This document shows positions 15,801 to 22,227 of a stretch of DNA of 32,000 bases, piece by piece. Under the pieces are notes generated by a model, which was not told the origin of the DNA, searched no databases, and saw only the letters and a list, made by a program, of their open reading frames with translations. This stretch comes from an uncultured Defluviitaleaceae bacterium. Its GTDB lineage: Bacteria > Bacillota > Clostridia > Lachnospirales > CAYPQA01. The stretch spans positions 22,422 to 54,421 of the forward strand of contig CAZSXS010000013.1 in the NCBI GenBank assembly GCA_964611385.1, read 5' to 3'. The position numbers and the translations under genes were made by a program. Each line of letters begins with the position of its first letter. Position 1 is the first letter of the stretch.

Positions 15801-15823
15801 TGATGAAGCTTTTTGGAAGATAG
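12764..15823 (+). CDS. Secreted 1019-aa protein: signal peptide, globular N-domain of about 200 aa, about 710 aa of xxxLxxG heptad repeats (YhgE/Pip-ectodomain-type), short C-domain
   Basis: Signal peptide MKKLTSLLLAAVVFSTCLTPVSA|AE. Long runs such as LRDGIGELRDGAGKLNDGVSELKDGTKKLQDG. No C-terminal TM, LPXTG or other anchor visible. SD AAAGGAGG lies inside the MMPL gene tail (44-nt overlap). Confidence 0.85.
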   Translation: MKKLTSLLLAAVVFSTCLTPVSAAETNQKEETVYVLLNQEGKADKIYVVNYFEDYKGQAFTDYGNYSKVRNLSTTAPLQNGNGSVQGSIQGGKFYYQGEMEQTEIPWDIEISYTLDGQAIEAEDLVGKSGLLNIRVDIDQNNKMPPAFYENYALQVGISLDTNLCSNIQANGGSMASVGDNKNISFTKMPNRSGNYNVSAQVKDFEMQSISINGISLGMNLDFDTSELESRFGDLKDGTKRLDEGATELRDGIGELRDGAGKLNDGVSELKDGTKKLQDGIGELLTGTVDLKDGAVKLDDGVTELVDGAQELKSGVSDLKDGAVKLDEGTLELVDGVIELKNGAVDLKDGVGKLDEGVLKLADGVTELKNGTTGLKDGAEKLNEGTSELIKGVTALSDGAGGLKDGVVKLQEGASALADGFGDLNKGASGLNEGATKLKDGSSALKTAGTELSKGAEEMVNGINKLEEGGRKLTEGTSSLQGGALKASEGAGKLSSSSLELLNGSSTFRTGMSQLSGKGTNLVNGSREFAAALEKLKLGMGNAGTTSMESLVSGSEAMNQGLAQASNGLTAASGGVQAMLAELSAMNNPAVMAVISKYTPAVMGLQASASGITELSSNYNNLNEGIKSLNSAMSGLGELPTAANGLTQAYTKLSTGIVEYTGAFAKLEGAYGDVHSGISQLSNGASELQRGVSDLYTGASGLNNGSRELYTGITGLQAGASKLRDGSIQLSNGASSLESRTNELKTGVSKLFDGTTALNDGAIELAKGAGELKEGTEKLYDGSLSLRDGTTELSNGTGDLKDGALKLYDGSTELYNGATELKEGVSNLKEGSIKLSDGTISLYDGTQELYKGVGELKDGVVKLYDGTVSLTDGVSELSQGTHGLKDGTIKLYDGVIELKQGSGDLTAGVEDLYEGSNNLLDGTTKLYDGTTELTDGTFKLRDKTGNIDTDISDEINKKISEFSSSDFQPVSFTSEKNTNVSAVQFVMKTDGIKISTATIKTEEEATLSLWKKLMKLFGR
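13460..15590 (+). repeat. Coding 21-nt (heptad) tandem periodicity, two regular blocks (about 13460-14200 and 14780-15590) flanking a degenerate Ser/Gly/Asn-rich middle
   Basis: Read from the translation. The consensus has Leu at position 4 and Gly (usually preceded by D, E or N) at position 7. Units diverge at the DNA level, so this is not a recent perfect tandem array. Confidence 0.85.
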
Positions 15824-15931
15824 CCTTAATAAAAAATAAAGTAAGAGGGATGAGAACTGAGATCGTTTTACTCTCCTTTCCCTCAGTGTTTTAAAAAACC
15901 TCCATTAACAAATTGATAATAAGTTGGCAAC

Positions 15932-15976
15932 AAAAAGGCGTATACCAATCATAAATCAATTGGTATACGCCTTTTT
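15932..15976. terminator. Bidirectional intrinsic terminator between convergent genes
   Basis: A5-GGCGTATACCAAT-(9 nt)-ATTGGTATACGCC-T5. The 13-bp stem is perfect and has A- and T-runs on either side. Confidence 0.8.
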
Positions 15977-15991
15977 GCTTCCTGTTATTTT

Positions 15992-16684
15992 TTATCCCTT
16001 TCTATTTTTCGCTGAAGAAAGGAACAAATAAATCCCGATCACAATAATAACAAGTGGTAAGAAAGAAGAGAGGATCCGTTCAAAGACAATGATCAAGAAA
16101 ACAATGAACAGAAGCAGCTTGTATTTTTTAGCAAAGCTGATGATATCCTCAATGTTATCCTCAATAAGCTCACCCTCACGAAGCCTTCTTCGTAAATTAA
16201 AGGCATCGAAAATGGAAGTCAGATACATAATCAGTAACAGCAGGGGAATGAAGAATGTGCTGCGTACAGAAGGAGCAATGATTAAGTAGATGCTGAAAAA
16301 GAAGCTGCAAAGAATAAATAAGCCTCTCTTAATAAAGCCTAAGTACATATAATTAACACCGGGCGGAAAAAAGAGAGAGAAGAAAAACAAAAGGCTCCAC
16401 TTTCGGTACAGAGGTTCACCTCCTGCTTCAAGCTTGGACCTTGGGTCCTTTTTTGAGCCCAATTCATACTTGGGCACCGAGTCGTACCTTTTTGCTGTTT
16501 CAATGCCGGACGGGGACTCACTTTTTGCCGTAGCATCTAGGCGTGAGGAAGAATACACGTCCTTTAGGCAATCCTTACAAAGTATACGACCATCAATCTC
16601 TATAGAACAGTCACTGCATAGCCATTCGCCACATTTGCTGCAAGTATTGACTCCGTTACCGTTTTCATGATTTTTACAACTCAT
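15992..16684 (-). CDS. Membrane protein with N-terminal Cys-rich zinc-ribbon/B-box-like domain
   Basis: CKNH-x10-CSKC-x4-CSDC-x10-CKDC, then a Ser/Lys-rich linker and about 4 TM helices. I use ATG 16684 (AAAGGAG-N8-ATG) rather than GTG 16693, which abuts the SD. Confidence 0.65.
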   Translation of the reverse strand: MSCKNHENGNGVNTCSKCGEWLCSDCSIEIDGRILCKDCLKDVYSSSRLDATAKSESPSGIETAKRYDSVPKYELGSKKDPRSKLEAGGEPLYRKWSLLFFFSLFFPPGVNYMYLGFIKRGLFILCSFFFSIYLIIAPSVRSTFFIPLLLLIMYLTSIFDAFNLRRRLREGELIEDNIEDIISFAKKYKLLLFIVFLIIVFERILSSFLPLVIIVIGIYLFLSSAKNRKG

Positions 16685-16899
16685 GATTGTCACTCCTTTA
16701 TTGCGTCATTCATTACCCGGCGCCATCCAAAAATAGTTATTCATGTTAACAAGCCGCCTGGTAATTTGAATCTTTGACTCAGACTCGTTCAACCTTTGTA
16801 AGTTGCTATGCAAAACAGTAGAATACCAGTTCGCTGCGACTTGACAAAGGCTCAAGAGACTGAATATAGACTTATATACGAGGGCGGCTTTTAAAAAGT

Positions 16900-18645
16900 T
16901 TACATTTTTTCGGGCGCTTTGATTCCCAAGAGGGATAGTCCAGTGGCAATTACCGTTTTTACACAGTAGGTTAGAGCCAAGCGGGCATTTTTCTGGCCCT
17001 CTTCTGCTGTCAAGATAGGATAGTCATGGTAAAATTTATTAAAAGCTGTACACAAAGCCACGATCAATCTTGTCACGAGGTAAGGTTCATATTTATTGGT
17101 GGCCTCAATAATACGCTCTGGAAACTCCTGCATTAACTTTATCAATTCGAGACTCACATCATTCGTCAAGTGCGCATACTCTATAGAATGGAAGCAATCT
17201 GCCTGCTTGTCTGCTAGACCAGCTTTTTGTAAAACACCGCAGGCTCGAGCATGGGTATATTGTACATAGGGACCAGTTTCACCGTCAAAGTTTAACATCC
17301 GATCCCAAGAAAAGGTTACATCCTTAATTCTACCATTATACAAGTCATTAAACTTGACGGCCCCGATGCCTACTTCCTTAGCGATTTCTTCCTTGTTTTC
17401 AAGATTAGGATTTTTTTCCTCAATAATTTTCAAGGTCTTACTGACAGCTTCATCCAGCAAATCTTCAATCAAAATCATGTTACCCTTTCGGGTGGACAGT
17501 TTTCCAGAATCTACGCTGACCATTCCGTAAGGTACATGCACCAGCTTCTGCGCAAAGTCGTAACCCATCAACTCCAAAACCTTAAAAAACTGTGCAAAGT
17601 GCAAGCTTTGATCCAAGGCGGTAATATAAAGAGCCTTTTCAAACTGATAGGTCTTATATCGATACAAAGCTGCGGCAATATCCCGGGTGGGGTAGAGGGT
17701 TCCCCCGTCACTGCGTAAAATCAAACAAGGAGGCATGTTGAAGGACTCCAGGTCAACGATTTGGGCACCCTGGCTTTCAATCAATAGTCCTTTTTGCCTC
17801 AGTTCCTCCACCACAGGCATCATTTTATCATTAAAAAAGCTTTCTCCATCAAAGGAGTCAAACCGAATATCTAATTTTTCGTATATCCTGTGATACTCCC
17901 GAAGGCTTAGCTCACAAAACCACTTCCAAAGTTCTAGTGCTTCCTTATCGCCTTGCTGCATTTTCAAAAAAGCTGCCCTGGCTTCGTCTTCCAGGCTTTT
18001 ATCGGTCTCAGCTTCCTCATGAAATTTAACATAAATCCGGGTCAGTTCCTCAATGTCCTTTTCCTCAATGGCTTCCTCGTTGCCCCACTTTTTATAAGCC
18101 ACGATCAGTTTTCCAAATTGGGTACCCCAATCTCCCAGATAATTGATCCCAAAGGGCTTGTACCCTAAAAATTGATACATTTTATACAGAGAATCGCCTA
18201 AAATGGTGGTCATCAGGTGCCCAATATGAAATAACTTAGCTACATTAGGGGAAGAATAATCCATCATGATACATTTTCCAGCCCCAATATCTGAACGGCC
18301 ATAGTTCTTTTGTTCCTGCAACACCCTACTCAAAACTGTCTGCGCAAAAAAAGCCCTATTCACATAAAAATTAATGTAAGGGCCAACACTTTTGATTTCG
18401 GAAACAAAGGAAGGTTGCTGTTTGTTGGCTTTTTCTGAAATCTTTTGCTTTATTTTCTCAGAAAGGTCAGCCGCTATGGCCACCGGCGCCTTCTTTAATT
18501 CCTTGGCCAGACGAAAACAAGGAAAGGAGAAATCCCCCATCTCCCGATTAGACGGAATTTCAAGAGAGACTTCTGGGAGTTCGGTACCTTCCAAAATCAG
18601 CTTTGTAATTTCACTTTTAAAATCGAATTGAGCATTTACATTCAT
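16900..18645 (-). CDS. argS: Arginine--tRNA ligase
   Basis: 581 aa. HIGH motif (LFHIGHL), an MSTR-like GKLSTRKG, and N-terminal Arg_tRNA_synt_N-like and C-terminal DALR-like regions. Confidence 0.93.
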   Translation of the reverse strand: MNVNAQFDFKSEITKLILEGTELPEVSLEIPSNREMGDFSFPCFRLAKELKKAPVAIAADLSEKIKQKISEKANKQQPSFVSEIKSVGPYINFYVNRAFFAQTVLSRVLQEQKNYGRSDIGAGKCIMMDYSSPNVAKLFHIGHLMTTILGDSLYKMYQFLGYKPFGINYLGDWGTQFGKLIVAYKKWGNEEAIEEKDIEELTRIYVKFHEEAETDKSLEDEARAAFLKMQQGDKEALELWKWFCELSLREYHRIYEKLDIRFDSFDGESFFNDKMMPVVEELRQKGLLIESQGAQIVDLESFNMPPCLILRSDGGTLYPTRDIAAALYRYKTYQFEKALYITALDQSLHFAQFFKVLELMGYDFAQKLVHVPYGMVSVDSGKLSTRKGNMILIEDLLDEAVSKTLKIIEEKNPNLENKEEIAKEVGIGAVKFNDLYNGRIKDVTFSWDRMLNFDGETGPYVQYTHARACGVLQKAGLADKQADCFHSIEYAHLTNDVSLELIKLMQEFPERIIEATNKYEPYLVTRLIVALCTAFNKFYHDYPILTAEEGQKNARLALTYCVKTVIATGLSLLGIKAPEKM

Positions 18646-18672
18646 TCGTATAGTCCTTTCTTTCGTTTATAC

Positions 18673-19638
18673 TTAAATAAAAATTTCTATTGCAGAGGGG
18701 ATATTTGTAATTTCCAAGGGTAGAAAAGGCCCGGCTTCGCCATCCACATCAGAATCAAAGCTGGAAGAATCACTTGATCCATTTCCTGAACTAGATCCAG
18801 TGGTTGCGCTTCCTGCAGTTACTGCAGAAACCTCTGCTTTTGAGGGTTTATCAAAAATCAATTCAAGTTTTGCATAGCTTTGCCTAAAAAAGACAACCCC
18901 CGGGTCATCCAGATATTCACCGCTGAGCATCTTAATAAAAATCCTGGCAATATCCAACATAGGCTTGGCACGGATCCCGATAAAGTCAAACAATCCGTCA
19001 TCTATTTTTGCCAAAGGCGAAAGCCGTTCAAAGCCCCCTGTTCCAGAGGAATTTAAGGCCAAAAACAAAAAATAATCCTCGACAAAGCTTTGAGTGGGAG
19101 TCGTAACCCGGATAGTGAGTGGTGAAAAATTTGGAAGCTGCTCTAACCCTTTCAGGTAATAAGCCATTTTCCCAAGGGTATCCTTAACATCAGCATTCAC
19201 CTTTTGAGAAACATTTAAAAGCCCCACTGCACAAACATTAATAAAATATTGGTCATTGACCTTGCCTACATCCACTTTTTGGCGTAGGCCTCTTGCAATT
19301 ATTTCACAGGCCTTTTCAGGATCTTGTGGAATTTTTAAATAGGTTGCAAAATCATTGGCCGTACCTGAAGGAATGATCCCAAGAGGCACTTGCATACCAT
19401 AGCGCATGAGTTCATTTACCACTAGATTAATGCTGCCATCTCCGCCGGAGACTACAATGGCATCGTATTGAATATCTTTTGTAAGATCCATTTCATAAAA
19501 ATGTTTCTTGATATCCCCACAGCGAAAGACATGAGTTTCATACTCTGCTTCCTGAAAAATTTTGATACAGGTATCCAAGTCATACTTGAAATACTTATTT
19601 CCAGAAGAGGGATTGTATATGAGCTTTAGTTTTTTCAT
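18673..19638 (-). CDS. Lipid kinase, diacylglycerol-kinase catalytic-domain family (YegS/BmrU/DagK-like)
   Basis: IYNPSSG, VVSGGDGSINLVVNEL, GIIPSGTANDFA and C-terminal DVDGE. I use ATG 19638 (MKKLKLIYNP, preceded by AAGGTG) rather than 19668. It lies only 27 nt upstream of argS. Confidence 0.85.
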   Translation of the reverse strand: MKKLKLIYNPSSGNKYFKYDLDTCIKIFQEAEYETHVFRCGDIKKHFYEMDLTKDIQYDAIVVSGGDGSINLVVNELMRYGMQVPLGIIPSGTANDFATYLKIPQDPEKACEIIARGLRQKVDVGKVNDQYFINVCAVGLLNVSQKVNADVKDTLGKMAYYLKGLEQLPNFSPLTIRVTTPTQSFVEDYFLFLALNSSGTGGFERLSPLAKIDDGLFDFIGIRAKPMLDIARIFIKMLSGEYLDDPGVVFFRQSYAKLELIFDKPSKAEVSAVTAGSATTGSSSGNGSSDSSSFDSDVDGEAGPFLPLEITNIPSAIEIFI

Positions 19639-19735
19639 GTAGCACCTTGTATTCTTTTTTATTTGCATATGTTATACTGTCGGAGTATATCATTCTTTTT
19701 GTTTATGTTCAAGGACTTTTGCTAAAAGCAAATCC

Positions 19736-19933
19736 TTAAAAGGGATAACGTAACACCGTATTTAATTCTTTCAGCAAGTATGTAAATACAAACTGCAACA
19801 GCAGGTATAGGCTGCCCGAAAAACAGGCCAAGCTGATAATTCTAGCCTGTAAGGGTTTTTTATCGGGGTCAACAAAGGCTTCAATCAGGGTCTGAACGCA
19901 GGAGATTAAAAAAATCTGTCCGATTAATATCAT
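19736..19933 (-). CDS. Small two-helix membrane protein, unknown function (topology reminiscent of SpoIIIAC-type proteins; weak)
   Basis: 65 aa from ATG 19933 (MILIGQIFLISCVQ...) with two hydrophobic helices joined by DPDKKP. The start is uncertain, since the track ORF begins at TTG 19987, and the RBS is weak. Confidence 0.35.
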   Translation of the reverse strand: MILIGQIFLISCVQTLIEAFVDPDKKPLQARIISLACFSGSLYLLLQFVFTYLLKELNTVLRYPF

Positions 19934-20023
19934 AAATTCTCTCAATGGTTTCGCTCCTCTTGGACTACTTAAAATAATATATGACAAGACTATTTAAAAT
20001 ATCATTAAAAAGGTGGACTTGAT

Positions 20024-20824
20024 ATGGTAAAAAAAGTTAAACCGTTCTTGGTTCTGGGTCTTAGCATTCCTGCTCTTGCCCTTGTCAATAAGTTGATTTT
20101 CATGACGAATGCGCTAGCTGTGGGCAAAGTTGAAGGTTCCTTCTATCCCTGGCGCTACGGAAAGGTTCATTACACAGTAAAAGGCAATGGCAAACCTCTC
20201 CTGTTGCTTCATTCGCCAGGGATAGGGCACAGCCTTTCTGATTGGGAAGAGAATCTAACAGAGCTTTCCTGCCACTTCAAGGTCTATGCTCTTGACCTGC
20301 CGGGCTTCGGGTATTCAGATAAGCCAAACCTAAGCTATTCCTACTATTTATATGTCAGTCTGATCAACGAGTTTATTCAAAATGTCATTCAAGAAAAGAC
20401 AGCTATCATCGCCACCCAGGAAGCCTGCGCTTATGCAGTACTGGGGTACCGGCTCATGCCAAACTATTACGACAAGCTAATGCTGATTTCTCCAGAGTAT
20501 CAGCCACAAAAAGGCGCTGTAATCAAAACTCTGTTGGAAGTCCCTCTTCTGGGAACCACAATTTATAATGTACTCTCTTCAAGGCTGTTACTAACAAAGA
20601 AAAACAGTTCCTCCAAGAGCAAAAAAACAAGTCGTCTGTACAAAGCCGCCCATTATGGAAATGCCAAGGCACGCTTTTCTCTAGCAGCCTATTTTGCAAA
20701 TCACCTATCAGTAGACATTCAAGGGCAAATAGACAAAATCAAAATACCAAGTTATATCGTATATGATGCCATTCATGAATCAGATCCAAAAAAATTTCAA
20801 GAGGAATGCCTCAAATTTTTGTAA
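20024..20824 (+). CDS. Membrane-anchored alpha/beta-hydrolase-fold protein, nucleophile motif apparently degenerate
   Basis: N-terminal TM, an HG-type oxyanion region LLLLHSPGIGHS, and LDLPGFGYSDKP. Where GxSxG is expected the sequence reads IIATQEACAY. SD AAAGGTGG. Confidence 0.7.
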   Translation: MVKKVKPFLVLGLSIPALALVNKLIFMTNALAVGKVEGSFYPWRYGKVHYTVKGNGKPLLLLHSPGIGHSLSDWEENLTELSCHFKVYALDLPGFGYSDKPNLSYSYYLYVSLINEFIQNVIQEKTAIIATQEACAYAVLGYRLMPNYYDKLMLISPEYQPQKGAVIKTLLEVPLLGTTIYNVLSSRLLLTKKNSSSKSKKTSRLYKAAHYGNAKARFSLAAYFANHLSVDIQGQIDKIKIPSYIVYDAIHESDPKKFQEECLKFL

Positions 20825-20828
20825 CATC

Positions 20829-20881
20829 AAACCTCCCCCTTGCATATCATATAAACAAAGAAGCAAGGAGGAGGTTTTTTT
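20829..20881 (+). terminator. Intrinsic terminator after the hydrolase-fold gene
   Basis: AAACCTCCCCCTTGC-(19 nt)-GCAAGGAGGAGGTTT forms a 15-bp stem with 1 mismatch. A T-run follows. Confidence 0.6.
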
Positions 20882-21075
20882 ATACTCAGTCAGATCAATC
20901 TATGCAAGACGATTTAAACAGCTTAAGAGATATCCTACCTAATTAGACTTGAAAAGGCAAAGGACAGCATAGAAAATGAATATAGACTGAGTAAAGGTAT
21001 CCGAAAGTTTTGACATTACCGAATAGTTGTTTTACCAAGTACATATGAATAGAAAAACACGAACCGGAGGAATTT

Positions 21076-21555
21076 ATGGAGGAGGTAAATTTGCTTGAGC
21101 AAGCAAAAGCTCTGTCAAAGCTTATACAAAACAAGGGTAAACCAAATGAAGCGGGTACTGATGAAGCAGATCATGAAAAAACCTCCACGGAAGAAGAAGG
21201 GCACGGATTTGAACAAATGCTTAAACTATTCAAGCTGCTCAATACTACTGGTGTTTTAGAACCGCAGGAAGAAGAGCTTACTGATAATACATATTTTATA
21301 ACGAAAATAAAGGCGGTCATCCCTTATTTAGAACATACAGTGCAACGGGATTTGGGTATTATCATTAAGTTTATGGAAATGCAAAGGCTGATGGAAAGCA
21401 TAAAACGAGTAACAGAAGGGGGGCAAAATCCGCGCCAGGAAATACTGAAGGTGATTCGTCCCTACATAAGTGAAGAAAAGCAAATAAAGCTTGACTTATT
21501 AGGCAAAGTGATGGAAATCAATGACATGCTGCAAAAAATGCGGAGGCAAGCCTAG
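21076..21555 (+). CDS. Hypothetical acidic, predicted helical protein (159 aa)
   Basis: Good SD (GGAGGAATTT-ATG). No recognisable motif and no TM. Confidence 0.6.
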   Translation: MEEVNLLEQAKALSKLIQNKGKPNEAGTDEADHEKTSTEEEGHGFEQMLKLFKLLNTTGVLEPQEEELTDNTYFITKIKAVIPYLEHTVQRDLGIIIKFMEMQRLMESIKRVTEGGQNPRQEILKVIRPYISEEKQIKLDLLGKVMEINDMLQKMRRQA

Positions 21556-21691
21556 GGATCTGATTTAAGGAAAACTGCAGATCAAGGGGCAATGAATAAT
21601 AGGGCTGCAAAGAAATAGAGCAAAACTAGTACACGCGTCTCAAGGGCAGCACGTCATAGCCTTAATCAAGCAAAAAATAGAGGAGAAAACA

Positions 21692-21952
21692 GTGGCACTT
21701 CAATCGCAAGAAATCAAAAACGAAGCCTTTGAGGGTCTTAACCCAACACAAAAGGAAGCTATCTATGATCTATACGAAAAGGTAAAAAATAAAAGCTTGA
21801 CGGAAATGCTACCCATCCTCATGAATTTTTCCGCCAAGAATAAAATTAACATGAGTCCAAAGCAAAAAGAGAGCATCATAAGCGCATTTCTAGAACAGTT
21901 ACCTCCAGAAGAAAAGGGTAAATTTCAAGGGATTATGAAAGTTCTTGTATAA
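21692..21952 (+). CDS. Hypothetical small protein (86 aa), GTG start
   Basis: SD AGAGGAG-N6-GTG, followed by a terminator. No recognisable motif. Confidence 0.5.
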   Translation: MALQSQEIKNEAFEGLNPTQKEAIYDLYEKVKNKSLTEMLPILMNFSAKNKINMSPKQKESIISAFLEQLPPEEKGKFQGIMKVLV

Positions 21953-21967
21953 AGTAAAGTCAAAAAA

Positions 21968-22003
21968 GTCGAGAGTGTAACCCAGATACTCTTGGCTTTT
22001 TTT
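21968..22003 (+). terminator. Intrinsic terminator upstream of the dnaA control region
   Basis: GTCGAGAGT-(11 nt)-ACTCTTGGC forms 9 bp including 2 G.U pairs. T7 follows. Confidence 0.55.
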
Positions 22004-22140
22004 GTGTATAAAATCCTTCCACACCAAATTGTCCACCTAAAAGAAACTAATGCGTACACTATAAAAGCCGCTTAAAACCAGGTAAAATTTAACTAAATGA
22101 CTTTAAGAGCAAATATATTTCTCACACGTTGTCAACAGAT

Positions 22141-22179
22141 TTATCCACAATATTTTCGTAAATATATTGCTTATCCACA
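22141..22179 (+). promoter_or_regulatory. Two perfect DnaA boxes (TTATCCACA at 22141-22149 and 22171-22179) upstream of dnaA; left part of a bipartite oriC and/or the dnaA autoregulation site
   Basis: Exact matches to the consensus 9-mer, read directly. Confidence 0.85.
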
Positions 22180-22195
22180 TTTTTTTTGATATGAT
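22167..22195 (+). promoter_or_regulatory. Candidate dnaA promoter (TTGCTT-N17-TATGAT) overlapped by a DnaA box
   Basis: -35 at 22167-22172 and -10 at 22190-22195, 33 nt before the ATG. An alternative is TTGTCA (22129)-N16-TATTTT (22151), whose spacer holds the other box. Confidence 0.45.
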
Positions 22196-22227
22196 TAGCA
22201 CTAACAAAGTTTCAGGAGGAAGTTTTT

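Noticed and set aside
16694-16899. 206-nt spacer after argS examined for a tRNA, riboswitch or terminator
   Set aside because: There is no cloverleaf-compatible sequence or GTTCRANYC-like T-loop and no stable hairpin with a U-tract. Only short 5-8-bp inverted repeats are present.
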